This document shows, one piece after another, positions 43,094 to 52,761 of a DNA stretch of 64,000 nucleotides. Position 1 is the first letter of the stretch; the number at the start of each line of letters is the position of its first letter. The DNA lies in assembly GCA_017880865.1 (NCBI GenBank), contig JADGRL010000005.1:5740-69739 (forward strand), read 5' to 3'. A program made the translations under genes and the position numbers. Origin of the DNA: Gallionella sp. GTDB taxonomy: Bacteria; Pseudomonadota; Gammaproteobacteria; Burkholderiales; Gallionellaceae. The notes beneath the pieces were generated by a model. That model saw nothing but the letters and a program-made list of their open reading frames with translations, did not search any database and was not told the DNA's origin.

Positions 43094-44047
43094 ATGTCCG
43101 AATTTGACCTGATCCGCCGCTATTTCACCCGCGCCACACCAAGCGCGCTGCTTGGCGTGGGCGATGATGCCGCGCTGTTGCAAGTGAGCGACGGCTATGT
43201 GCTAGCGGTATCCAGCGACATGCTGGTAAGCGGCACGCATTTCTTTGCCGATGCCGACCCGTTTATGTTGGGACATAAGACGCTGGCGGTGAATCTGTCC
43301 GACATGGCCGCGATGGGTGCGAACCCGCGCTGGGCGACGCTGGCAATTGCACTGCCCGACGCGAATGAGGCATGGCTGGAAAAATTCAGTGCGGGCTTCT
43401 TCGCGTTGGCCGATCGGCATCGCGTTGAACTGGTCGGCGGCGATACCACGCGCGGCCCGCTCAATCTGTGCGTGACGATATTCGGCGAAGTGCCTGCGCA
43501 GCAGGCGTTGCGGCGCAGCGGCGCTAAAATTGGCGATGAGGTTTGGGTGTCCGGGACATTGGGCGATGCCGCTCTGGCACTCGCGCATCTGCAAGGACGC
43601 ATCCAGTTGAATGCTGTCGAATACGCCGCTTGCGCACCCGCTTTGCATCAGCCTCAGCCGCGCGTCGCGCTGGGGCTGGCATTGCGCGGTGTCGCCAATT
43701 GCGCGATCGACATTTCCGACGGGCTGCTCGCCGATCTCGGTCATATGCTCTCCGCCTCGTGCGTGGGTGCGCGGTTAGACTTTTCGGCGCTGCCGATCTC
43801 ACCGGTCTTGCGTGCTCATTTGCAGCAACCGCCAGGCATGCAATGCGCGTTGTCCGGCGGCGATGATTACGAACTGTGCTTCACCGCGCCTGCCGCGCGC
43901 CATGCCGAATTGCTGGACATTGCCGCGCGACTCAACTTGCCGCTGACCTTCATCGGCGAAATTGTTGCAGGCTCAGGCTGTATCGTGCACGATGCGGCGG
44001 GTGATCCACTCAACATAGAAATTTTAGGTTATGACCACTTCCGATGA
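43094..44047 (+). CDS. thiL: Thiamine-monophosphate kinase
   Basis: 'EFDLI', 'GDDAA', 'NLSDMAAMGA', 'GGDT', 'DISDGL', 'GGDDYEL'. Confidence 0.97.
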   Translation: MSEFDLIRRYFTRATPSALLGVGDDAALLQVSDGYVLAVSSDMLVSGTHFFADADPFMLGHKTLAVNLSDMAAMGANPRWATLAIALPDANEAWLEKFSAGFFALADRHRVELVGGDTTRGPLNLCVTIFGEVPAQQALRRSGAKIGDEVWVSGTLGDAALALAHLQGRIQLNAVEYAACAPALHQPQPRVALGLALRGVANCAIDISDGLLADLGHMLSASCVGARLDFSALPISPVLRAHLQQPPGMQCALSGGDDYELCFTAPAARHAELLDIAARLNLPLTFIGEIVAGSGCIVHDAAGDPLNIEILGYDHFR

Positions 44048-44534
44048 ATTAATTGTAAAACCAAGCTGGCGATTCCTGTTCAGCCACCCGGCACATCTGC
44101 TGGCGTTCGGCTTCGGCAGCGGTCTGGCGCGCAGGGCTCCCGGCACGTTCGGCACGCTGGTCGCCTTTCCGCTGTACTGGCTGCTCGCGCCGCTTTTGAG
44201 TGAGGAGTTATTCATACTCATGCTGGTTCTGGCATTTGCGCTCGGCGTGTGGATATGCGGCTTCACCGGCCGTGCATTGGGCGTTGCCGATTACGGCGGC
44301 ATCGTGTGGGATGAGATCGTCGCGATGCTGCTGGTGCTATTCTTCACGCCGCCCGGTTTGGCTTGGTCGCTGCTGGCCTTTATACTGTTCCGTTTTTTCG
44401 ACATTCTCAAACCCCCGCCGATACGTTATTTCGACAGCAACTGGCACGGTGGCCTAGGCGTGATGTTCGATGATCTGCTTGCGGCCGGATACGCCTTGAT
44501 GTGTCTGGCTTTGGTCAAGAGCCTATTGCTGTGA
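44031..44534 (+). CDS. pgpA: Phosphatidylglycerophosphatase A
   Basis: 'APGTFGT', 'IVWDEIV', 'FRFFDILKP', 'GVMFDDLLA'. Confidence 0.96.
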   Translation: MTTSDELIVKPSWRFLFSHPAHLLAFGFGSGLARRAPGTFGTLVAFPLYWLLAPLLSEELFILMLVLAFALGVWICGFTGRALGVADYGGIVWDEIVAMLLVLFFTPPGLAWSLLAFILFRFFDILKPPPIRYFDSNWHGGLGVMFDDLLAAGYALMCLALVKSLLL

Positions 44535-45283
44535 ACCGCCTTGCCGCCAGACTGATTTGTGCGGCGCTGCTTTGCTTTAGCGTTTTAGCCTATGGTCAGG
44601 AGTTCACCGCAAAAATTATTGCTGTGATTGACGGCGACACCGTGCTGATTCGGCTAGATGGCAGGCTGGTGAAAATTCGTCTGGCCGAAATCGATGCTCC
44701 AGAAAAAGCGCAATCCTTCGGCGAAACTTCCAAGCGCTCGTTGTCCGGCATGGTGCTGGGCAAACAGGTGACGGTGGTCAGCCAAACCGTCGATAAATAC
44801 GGGCGTCTGGTCGCGCACCTTTATATAACTGCGCCAAGACCGACCGAAGGTCGAGCGTCTGGCGGCGCACCCCTTGCGGGTGACAGACTGGATGTAAATG
44901 CCGAACAAATCCGCCGTGGCATGGCTTGGGAATATTCATATTTCCATACCAACAAGGCTCTGATCGCGTTACAGGACGAAGCCCAAAAAGCGCCGGGCGG
45001 CTTATGGGCACAGAGCAATCCGACCCCGCCGTGGATATGGCGCAAACAGCATCCGAACACTTTTTCTGCACCACCCAATGCCGCAGTTTCATCTGCCGCT
45101 GCTCAGGCCAATCCCGCCGCGCATGACCCCGGCTGCGGCAACAAGAAGCATTGTTCGGAAATGTCCTCGTGCGAGGAAGCCAGATATTACCTGACACTTT
45201 GCGGCGTCAAATCGCTGGACGGGGATGGCGACGGCACACCGTGCGAAAAGTTATGTACGCCGGATAAGACTGGCCAGAAATAA
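44531..45283 (+). CDS. Secreted thermonuclease (SNase) with C-terminal excalibur Ca-binding domain
   Basis: 'VIDGDT', 'IRLAEIDAPE', 'DKYGR', 'GLW'; 'CSEMSSCEEA...LDGDGDGTPCE'. Confidence 0.88.
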   Translation: MNRLAARLICAALLCFSVLAYGQEFTAKIIAVIDGDTVLIRLDGRLVKIRLAEIDAPEKAQSFGETSKRSLSGMVLGKQVTVVSQTVDKYGRLVAHLYITAPRPTEGRASGGAPLAGDRLDVNAEQIRRGMAWEYSYFHTNKALIALQDEAQKAPGGLWAQSNPTPPWIWRKQHPNTFSAPPNAAVSSAAAQANPAAHDPGCGNKKHCSEMSSCEEARYYLTLCGVKSLDGDGDGTPCEKLCTPDKTGQK

Positions 45284-45546
45284 AGCCCATTTGCAATAAA
45301 TTTGCAATAAATCGGGGGGGCACTAAGCCGTTTCAGCGCCCCGTTGATACGCCCATTTCCCGTTCTTTCAGTTTTCATACCCCGCTTAGATGATGCAGAC
45401 CTTAATTACAAGTAGTATCATTTTGCTTCGCGTTGGATAAATTTTAGATGTATGGGTGATGCATGGACGCGCTCAATAATTTATGCGGGGCGACTTACCT
45501 GAAGCACATGCGTTTTAATTTTATGTTTTTATAGGAGTTATTTGCC

Positions 45547-46944
45547 ATGAAAAATAATTTGAATTGTCTTATTACAGGTGGAAAGTTACTGGTTATCGGC
45601 TCATTAGTCGGCGCGTTGATTACCGGATGCGGCGGCGGAGGCGGCGGCTCTGTAGCCACTCCTGTTTCTACACCTACGGCAACAGCCGGAAGCTCGGCGT
45701 CGAGTTCCGGTTCCACCGGGGTATATACCAAAAATGGGGCCTCTTATGCGTTGACTCCCGCTCCTGCAGCAGCTGGAACGGCCAAGTTATTGACTCTGCC
45801 TAATACTGGCGGCGCGGTGGGGGTACTTACCGTTACCAGTGTTTCTGCAACACCGATTGCGACTTCTTTGACCGCCATCAATGGGACGTCAGTAGACCCG
45901 GCACACAATGTCGGGATGGCCTTTAGTTATTTGAATAGCAAAATTTCGATTTTCGGGTTGCCGTCGCACCCGACCAGCCCCGATAAAGAAATTTCGACTT
46001 ACGACACACTGACTACTAACACCCTTTCGTTTAGTGGCGGCTCTGCAATGATACCCGGGGCTGTCATGAATACGGCGAATCAGACCCTGGTCATCGCAAC
46101 AGGGAATGGTTTTGACGTGGTCGACTATACAAACCCGGCTGCGCTGAAAAGACTGCGCGAGATTCCTTCTTTACAGTCGGATCCAGTAGCGGGTGTGGAG
46201 GTGATGGAAAACTTCGCGTTTGACGCCAAGCTACCTGTAGCTGGTGCAAACTATGCGATGATTATTACCGGGGGTAGATCTAGCTACAATGTTGCCAACC
46301 CGGTTATGACACTGGTCGACGCCAATACCGGTACGGTTTACAAGCCAGACACCGCGACCGCAGCACTATTTACCATAAACCAATATATCGATGCTGCTGC
46401 TGTGGATACGACCTACCATGTGGCGGTGCTGGCAGATGAAGGAACCGGTACCACCTTCGTGGATTTAACCAAGCTGACCCTCAATGCAACAGCGAAGACT
46501 TATACCTTGCCTGCTGCGGCAGTCAGCCTTATTCCAACCTATTACAAGTATGACAACCTCGCGATCGAAAGCACCAAACATCTGGTGATGATGGGGGCAG
46601 GTATGGGAGGGACTTCGATGGTTGTAGGTCTGTTAAAAGATCCTGCGGTCGGATTGGGTTTCAGTAAAGAGGTCATAGTGACCATGCCGGCCGGTACCGA
46701 TGATACGGGTGCCGCAGTCACTTGGTCTGGCAGCGGCGACCCTCATGGGGCGGGGGCTTATATTACCGATCCTTTACACCCCACCTACACCACACCAACC
46801 GCTCTTGGCTTATGGGTGAATTATGCCGGTGACCATATCGCGATTATCAACCTGCAACATGTACTGGATGGGACGCTGGCTGGGGGAACGTACAATCCAA
46901 CGACCACGACCCCGAAGGATATTGCCTATTTCAAGATTCCTTAA
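45547..46944 (+). CDS. Lipoprotein A (465 aa), Thr/Ala-rich, beta-propeller-like
   Basis: LITG-C-GGGGGG lipobox/tether; repeated beta-blade-like segments; RBS GGAG. Confidence 0.8.
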   Translation: MKNNLNCLITGGKLLVIGSLVGALITGCGGGGGGSVATPVSTPTATAGSSASSSGSTGVYTKNGASYALTPAPAAAGTAKLLTLPNTGGAVGVLTVTSVSATPIATSLTAINGTSVDPAHNVGMAFSYLNSKISIFGLPSHPTSPDKEISTYDTLTTNTLSFSGGSAMIPGAVMNTANQTLVIATGNGFDVVDYTNPAALKRLREIPSLQSDPVAGVEVMENFAFDAKLPVAGANYAMIITGGRSSYNVANPVMTLVDANTGTVYKPDTATAALFTINQYIDAAAVDTTYHVAVLADEGTGTTFVDLTKLTLNATAKTYTLPAAAVSLIPTYYKYDNLAIESTKHLVMMGAGMGGTSMVVGLLKDPAVGLGFSKEVIVTMPAGTDDTGAAVTWSGSGDPHGAGAYITDPLHPTYTTPTALGLWVNYAGDHIAIINLQHVLDGTLAGGTYNPTTTTPKDIAYFKIP

Positions 46945-47041
46945 CCGGCAATATCTGCAACGGCAATTGACATGAAATTGAGTGCATGGGCGACACTGGC
47001 CGCCCATTCACTCACATGAGTTCAAACTTTGCATGTCGCAT

Positions 47042-47071
47042 CAGGGGCTGATTTTCCGCCCCTGTTTTTTT
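47042..47071 (+). terminator. Intrinsic terminator after lipoprotein A
   Basis: CAGGGGC/GCCCCTG stem + T7. Confidence 0.75.
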
Positions 47072-47199
47072 GCCAGACTAAAAATTCGTCATTCCCGCGC
47101 TGCTACTTGGTAATTCGCGTTGGCGCCCCCTCAATAAAGCATTTGTGCTGCAGGCGCTCAGCCACCCTCGCTTCAATGCGCAGCAATCTCGTTCGGTTT

Positions 47200-48390
47200 T
47201 CAAGACCGATGGCTGGCAAACCCCATCATCAGCTTAACGAAGCGGGCGCGGGTATTCACCCCGAGCTTGGTATAAATACGCTTGATCTGAGTGTTCACCG
47301 TGTGCGGACTGGTACCCAGCTTGTCGGCCACTTCCTGCGCGGAACTGCATTCCAGCAAGGCCATCGCCACTCGCGCCTCGGCGGTCGTCAGCCCGTAGGC
47401 GCTTTGCAGCGATGCCTGATCAATCTGCACTTGCTGCGCACCATCGGCAATGAAAACGATAGCGGCGTATGCACCACTCTGTGCACCGAATTCTGTGTGA
47501 TCTCCCAGCGCCGAAAACTGCAAGGTATAACTGGCTACGCCGGAAGTTTGGGGCACCGTGACACATTGGGAGAAATGCGGGGTGGCATAAGGATCGCGGT
47601 TCACCGTCGCACTGATTGCATCATTGATCGAACTACAGGCCGCTGCATCCTCCGCAACCAGATCGCCGAGACCGGCAGTATGGGTCAGCTTGCGCAGCCG
47701 CAGACCCTCGCCATCTTTCAGCATGCGTCGTGCGGAACGATTGGCGAATGCCACCGCGCCCGAACCATCCAGCAGCAACACCCCGGAGGGCAACCGGTCG
47801 AGCGCGGCCAGGCTGGTTGCCACGGTCAGCTCTGCCGAGCGCAGGCGCTGCATCACGCCCAGCGAACGCGACAGATGCGGCAGCACCAGACGCAGCCGGG
47901 CGCGATTTTCTTCATCGAAATCCGGGTGGTGCGAGCCACGGAAAAAAGAACAAATCGCAGGCACGGAAGTGGTTGAGTCCAGCCCGAACACCATGCCTGT
48001 CAACAGTTGCACCATGTTCTGGTTGCGAGATAAGCATTCTTTATAGAAATTGGACGCAAGCAACTGCGCACGAGGAACCAGCTCATCTCCGAGTACCACA
48101 CTCCCTGTGGTGTACAGGTTTTTTTCAGCAAAAGCGATCTTCCAAACGTCTTCGTCATAGTACTTATGCACATATTGATCGACATGCTCTTGCGTAATGC
48201 CATGCAGGAAGAAGTACCCGGAATTTTGGGCGGTGTGTAACGGCGAGTAGAGGATACATGCTGGCGCCTGAATGTATTCCGCCACCGCAGGCAATATGTC
48301 GCGGGTCCAGCGAGATGGGTCGGTCGCCCCTTCGTAAATCAGCCCGATCAGATCGGACAGACGCGTCAATTCCTCGTTAGTACGATCCAT
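47200..48390 (-). CDS. LuxR-type HTH regulator with GAF-like and PAS-like sensor domains
   Basis: 'LDRLPSGVLLLDGSGAVAFANRSA' (PAS); 'YGLTTAEARVAMALL..SAQEVADKLGTSPHTVNTQIKRIYTKLGV' (LuxR HTH). Confidence 0.88.
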   Translation of the reverse strand: MDRTNEELTRLSDLIGLIYEGATDPSRWTRDILPAVAEYIQAPACILYSPLHTAQNSGYFFLHGITQEHVDQYVHKYYDEDVWKIAFAEKNLYTTGSVVLGDELVPRAQLLASNFYKECLSRNQNMVQLLTGMVFGLDSTTSVPAICSFFRGSHHPDFDEENRARLRLVLPHLSRSLGVMQRLRSAELTVATSLAALDRLPSGVLLLDGSGAVAFANRSARRMLKDGEGLRLRKLTHTAGLGDLVAEDAAACSSINDAISATVNRDPYATPHFSQCVTVPQTSGVASYTLQFSALGDHTEFGAQSGAYAAIVFIADGAQQVQIDQASLQSAYGLTTAEARVAMALLECSSAQEVADKLGTSPHTVNTQIKRIYTKLGVNTRARFVKLMMGFASHRS

Positions 48391-48417
48391 GTTCCCCCTC
48401 CCCCTTTATTTTGCTTT

Positions 48418-48468
48418 ATACCCAGTTCTAGTGATGCGCACTTCAGCATCGCACTGTACCATGCCGCC
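48418..48468. promoter_or_regulatory. Conserved block between divergent regulator and lipoprotein B
   Basis: 47/51 identical to 54640-54690. Confidence 0.65.
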
Positions 48469-48677
48469 GACCATATACGTCCAACAGGGAAATAACCGCC
48501 ATGAAACCCGCCTTCAGGAACTTGCTGTTCATCCGAGAGAGCAGGGAAAACAATCGCGAAGCGGTTTAGTCCTTTGTCGCATAGCAGCACAATTTTCAAA
48601 CCTACCCGCTGCAAATGTAGCCAGTTCTGTGCACCTGAATTATTTTTGCCGTTCAATCACTCTTGGAGAATCGTCTC

Positions 48678-50375
48678 ATGCAACTCAAACCCACCTTACG
48701 TAAAGCCACCGAACTCGGGCTCTGCCTCGTCGCCATTACCACCTTGATTCTTGCCGGATGCGGCGGAGGGGGTGGTGGAACTGCTGCTGGCACATCAGCT
48801 ACCGTAAAAGCTACCGGTGTTGTATACCCCATTGTGGTAGGACTCTCTTACCAGACAAACTCGGTCAGTGGTGTTATAGCTGCAGATGGCAAATACACAT
48901 ATCAGGGCAAGGAAAATGTTACTTTCAGCGCTGGCGGTATAGCACTTGCGACAGTCCCTGCTGCGGCACAAGTCACGCCTATCCCACTCGATAATAATGT
49001 TTCGTCGACAAACCTGTTGCGCTTATTCAAGGCGCTGGATACCGATGTAAATTTAAGCAATGGCATTACGCTTAAACCATTGGCAACATCGAGTCTGACA
49101 GGTATCGATTTGAGCAGTGAATCATCGGTATCGGCTGTGCTGTCGAGTTTATTGCCCACTGCCATCTTACCTGCTGTGAGCGATGTACAGGTAACTACGA
49201 CTTTGGCTGCCGCAAAAACGACGGCGTTGCAGAACATGGGCACTTTTGGCTCGACATACAAGGCTATCATCGTCCCCAAAGGCTGTAACACGCTTCCCCA
49301 GTATCCGAAGAATGCAGTGGTTAATTTGACATCGCAGCCCAACTGGGTCACCGGGGCCATATCAGGAACGGCCACCCTCACGCTTAACGATAACAGCACG
49401 GTGACGTTACCTATCAACGCTGCCAGCGGTACTTACACGGCTTCAGGCGGCACGGTTGCTTATTCTTTCGTACCGAGCTACGGGGGGAAGACACGTGTGT
49501 TGTTTATTGATTTCATCGCTTGCGGGAGGATGGTTGTGCGCGACAATTCACAACCCAATATACCTCCCGTGCCTTCAATCGGTCTCACTTACTCAGTCAC
49601 CCTTCCGCAAGGAACGCCACCTGCATCTGTATATACTTTCTCGAATATTCCGTCAGGCGCAGACACCATTGTTGCGATGGGATCGGTTGACCTTGATGGC
49701 ATGGTGGTATCGCAGAGTTGGGTGAGCAGCAAGGGAACGACGGGTACCGGCAACACTTTTTCAGAAAGCTTTAACTATAATGAAAAAGGCAGTATCACGC
49801 TGACTGCAACGGACGACGAAGGGGCGACCGCATCCAAGACTTGGCAGTTTAATTCTGGCGGTACGGCGGCTTCTACACTGACACTGGCTGGGTCAGTTAA
49901 CTCGTCGCTGGCAATGAACAACGATACTTTCTGGAATCAAGGTCCTGTGATAAATACTGGGACTATTTTTAATGCCATGTTGATTGATGGTACTTACCCG
50001 GTAATTCAATCTGAGACCTTATATGCAAGAGCTTGGACAACAGGAGTCGCTAATACCGGTCTCGCGCCTGCGGCGGGGGTTACACAATTTAATATAGCGG
50101 TCTATCAAGACACAGTAGCAAACCGGACATATCTTGACCTTGCTGGCGGTAAGGATACATCCGCATATTACCTTTCCGGTGGCAGTACTGCAGGTTTCCG
50201 ATGTGAGTTTATCGCATCAAATTTAAGCCCGTCATGTGCAAGTGCAGGTATAAATATGAACCGTACCGCAGGGAGCATATCTTTCACGAACACACCCATG
50301 GTGATCATGGTAAATGGAGCAGCACCATCAGGTTCCTTTACCTTAAACGGTACGTTGTCATTCACACCTTTTTAA
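48678..50375 (+). CDS. Lipoprotein B (~565 aa) with PKD-like domain
   Basis: LAG-C-GGGGGG; 'GSVDLDGMVVSQSW...ITLTATDDEGATAS' PKD pattern. Confidence 0.8.
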   Translation: MQLKPTLRKATELGLCLVAITTLILAGCGGGGGGTAAGTSATVKATGVVYPIVVGLSYQTNSVSGVIAADGKYTYQGKENVTFSAGGIALATVPAAAQVTPIPLDNNVSSTNLLRLFKALDTDVNLSNGITLKPLATSSLTGIDLSSESSVSAVLSSLLPTAILPAVSDVQVTTTLAAAKTTALQNMGTFGSTYKAIIVPKGCNTLPQYPKNAVVNLTSQPNWVTGAISGTATLTLNDNSTVTLPINAASGTYTASGGTVAYSFVPSYGGKTRVLFIDFIACGRMVVRDNSQPNIPPVPSIGLTYSVTLPQGTPPASVYTFSNIPSGADTIVAMGSVDLDGMVVSQSWVSSKGTTGTGNTFSESFNYNEKGSITLTATDDEGATASKTWQFNSGGTAASTLTLAGSVNSSLAMNNDTFWNQGPVINTGTIFNAMLIDGTYPVIQSETLYARAWTTGVANTGLAPAAGVTQFNIAVYQDTVANRTYLDLAGGKDTSAYYLSGGSTAGFRCEFIASNLSPSCASAGINMNRTAGSISFTNTPMVIMVNGAAPSGSFTLNGTLSFTPF

Positions 50376-50673
50376 AATCATTAGGTGAAAGGCACCGGCT
50401 TTTCTGGACAAGCGGGTACGGCTGTTTAGTTACTCCCGTTTTTCCGGTGAGCTCTGTTGGTAGCGTTACGCTGAATTAAAGGGAACCTCCGCGCGGCCTG
50501 CCGATTTTTACTCAGCATGATTTGAAAATGAGGCAGGTGCGGTGTTCGCAGTCATAACAATCAGGTGACTTCAAAGGAAGTCTCCGTTTTCAATCAATCG
50601 AGACTTCCCCAATTCTCCGTCTCATACACAGGTGTGTATTGAGAGGTTTTTCACCAACCATAAAGGGCATGTG

Positions 50674-51078
50674 ATGAATAGAATTAAATTGGCGATGACA
50701 GGGCGCAAATGGGCAGGCGTATTCGGCCTTCTGCTTCGACGCGGCGCGATAGCGGCGTGCGGGGTGTTCGTGATCGGCGTGCTTCCGGCGGCGGCGGAGA
50801 CGTCGCGGAGCGGCGAAGTTTGGCATGACGAACTCACTATCAAGGAGGTGGTCAGCGGCAAGGTAACGCCGTATGACCAACACGAAGCGAGTATTCCGGG
50901 TGACGTTATCGCCGACAAGATGAATTCCCGGGCCGATGCGCAGGCTCTCTGGGGTTCGCAAGGCGGCACCGTTAGCGAATACACGGGTTGCGGCTCATGC
51001 GGTGTCGGGTCAAAAATAACGGTTGTCGTAACCTTCAGCTCGGTTATCGATACTCACGTTTTCAAGCGCGATAAGTAA
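50674..51078 (+). CDS. Hypothetical exported protein
   Basis: 134-aa ORF, hydrophobic leader ending AAA, 'GCGSCG' motif; 3' end duplicated at 52313-52417. Confidence 0.55.
   Translation: MNRIKLAMTGRKWAGVFGLLLRRGAIAACGVFVIGVLPAAAETSRSGEVWHDELTIKEVVSGKVTPYDQHEASIPGDVIADKMNSRADAQALWGSQGGTVSEYTGCGSCGVGSKITVVVTFSSVIDTHVFKRDK
50974..51078. repeat. 105-bp direct repeat, copy 1
   Basis: Nearly identical to 52313-52417. Confidence 0.92.
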
Positions 51079-51121
51079 GCGTCTCGGGGATATTCAGTTG
51101 ATGATCGTGATGCCGCTACGG

Positions 51122-51469
51122 TTATCCCAAAATCTGCGCCAGCATTTGGCGCAACGAGTGCTGGTCGCGGGGTGAAAGGTTGCCCATGCTGCGAATGACG
51201 AGTGTTTGTTCAAGCGTGGTCAGGACAGGCTTGGCGAAGGATGGCTTGAGCAAACCAGCCGCTTGCCAGTCAATAATTGTGCAAGTGGCAAAGTCCAGTA
51301 TCGTGTGGGGTTGGCTGGTGATTGCCATGATGAGCAAGTCCGGGCGATGCGCGTGGTAGGCGGTGTTGGAGATTACGACGGCGGGACGTTTTTTGTTTCC
51401 CTCTTGATTGGTGAAGGGGAAGGGTACGAGGAGAACTTCGCCAAAGGTATACGCGGATTCGGAAGCCAC
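51122..51469 (-). CDS. PemK/MazF-family toxin
   Basis: 'GEVLLVPFPFTNQEGNKKRPAVVIS...MAITS...AGLLKPS'. Confidence 0.88.
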   Translation of the reverse strand: MASESAYTFGEVLLVPFPFTNQEGNKKRPAVVISNTAYHAHRPDLLIMAITSQPHTILDFATCTIIDWQAAGLLKPSFAKPVLTTLEQTLVIRSMGNLSPRDQHSLRQMLAQILG

Positions 51470-51477
51470 GGCGAGGG

Positions 51478-51678
51478 TTACAGTTTGTCGTACACTGAGT
51501 CGGCGTCGTTATCCCAGACGGCGGCGAAGCTTGTAGCAGCGGCTTGCGCGGCAGACCGTGTTAACGCGCGATCTTTTTCGCGGCTGCGCAGAAAGTCCAC
51601 GAAGTCGGTGACTTCTGCCAAGCGAGTGGGAGGCAGTTGCAGGATTTTTTCAATCAACTGATGTTCGGCGGCATTCAT
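51478..51678 (-). CDS. Putative antitoxin (DUF2281-like)
   Basis: 'LIEKILQLPPTRLAEVTDFVDFLR...WDNDADSVYDKL'; upstream of PemK. Confidence 0.75.
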   Translation of the reverse strand: MNAAEHQLIEKILQLPPTRLAEVTDFVDFLRSREKDRALTRSAAQAAATSFAAVWDNDADSVYDKL

Positions 51679-51745
51679 GGCAAGCTCCAGTCGGAGGATA
51701 TATGCGCCAGATTATACGTAAAATAGTGTAGGGAAGTGAAGTTCG

Positions 51746-51985
51746 ATGTTTCATTTCAACAGGATCGGTACCATGCACTTTCGCTTCTTGTTTCTTGCAC
51801 TGCTCTGTCTGCCCTTTACAGCACACGCTGCCACGTTTGGCCGTGTGCGTACAATATATACAGACCTTCCTCGGCAGTTTCGTATGGTGCAAGCGTGGAT
51901 AGCCATCCACGAGGATGAATTGATGGCGGATTGGGAGCTGGCGGTAAATGGCGAACCCGGGTTTCCGATTGATCCGTTGCGTTGA
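51746..51985 (+). pseudogene. Chimeric ORF: signal-peptide-like N-terminus fused to DUF4160 C-terminus
   Basis: 'MHFRFLFLALLCLPFTAHA' joined to 'RMVQAWIAIHEDELMADWELAVNGEPGFPIDPLR'. Confidence 0.6.
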
Positions 51986-51995
51986 GGGGCTGGCG

Positions 51996-52235
51996 ATGAT
52001 TGAGGTTAATTCCGTTGAGGCGGTTTCCGATTTTGGGTTGCTTCTTACCTTCAATAGTGGTGAGCAGCGGCGCTTTGATATGCGTCCCTATCTGCACTAC
52101 CCGGTGTTCCGTCGCCTGGAGAATCCGGGTTATTTTTCGATGGCGCGTGTAGATTACGGCACCGTTACGTGGCCAGGCGATATCGATATAGCACCTGAAA
52201 CGCTTTACGAGCGATCCATCCCCATAAAATCCTAG
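51996..52235 (+). CDS. DUF2442-family protein
   Basis: 'LLLTFNSGEQRRFDM...VDYGTVTWPGDIDIAPETLYE'. Confidence 0.85.
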   Translation: MIEVNSVEAVSDFGLLLTFNSGEQRRFDMRPYLHYPVFRRLENPGYFSMARVDYGTVTWPGDIDIAPETLYERSIPIKS

Positions 52236-52312
52236 TTAGCGGAGCGCGCGGAGCCAAGTGCAGACTCGCAGCAGCGCGCCGCTTTCCCCTGTGCGCCGTC
52301 GATACATAAAAC

Positions 52313-52417
52313 AGCGAATACACAGGTTGCGGCCCATGCGGTGTCGGGTCAAAAATAACGGTTGTCGTAACCTTCAGCTCGGTTATCGATACTCACGTTT
52401 TCAAGCGCGACAAGTGA
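52313..52417. repeat. 105-bp direct repeat, copy 2
   Basis: Duplicate of the 3' end of ORF 50674-51078. Confidence 0.92.
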
Positions 52418-52510
52418 CCCGCCCTATTCAATCCGGTGTATTCATCATAACTAAGGGTGTGCTTGCGCACCTTTTCTAACCAGCGCAGTCGGGTTAATTT
52501 GCATACTATT

Positions 52511-52534
52511 TTTTAGACATCGTTTGATGCTAAA
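52511..52534. promoter_or_regulatory. Probable vapBC operator palindrome
   Basis: TTTTAG-A-CATC GTTT GATG-CTAAA(A) dyad ~30 bp upstream of vapB. Confidence 0.45.
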
Positions 52535-52563
52535 ATGTGTGCCTTGAATGCGGAGATATAACT

Positions 52564-52761
52564 ATGCGTACCACCCTTGCTCTTGATGATGACTTGCTTG
52601 AAAAAGCTCAAATGTTTATCGGACCGATGGAAAAAACAGCCTTGGTTCGTGAAGCCCTCAATGCGTTGATCCAGCGCGAGAGCGCCAAACGACTCGCATT
52701 GCTCGGGGGCTCTGAACCATTGCTTGAATATGTTCCTCGCCGCCAGTCCGAACCGGCATGA
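52564..52761 (+). CDS. vapB: VapB-type antitoxin
   Basis: 'MRTTLALDDDLLEKA...KTALVREALNALIQRESAKRLALLGGSEP'. Confidence 0.88.
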   Translation: MRTTLALDDDLLEKAQMFIGPMEKTALVREALNALIQRESAKRLALLGGSEPLLEYVPRRQSEPA

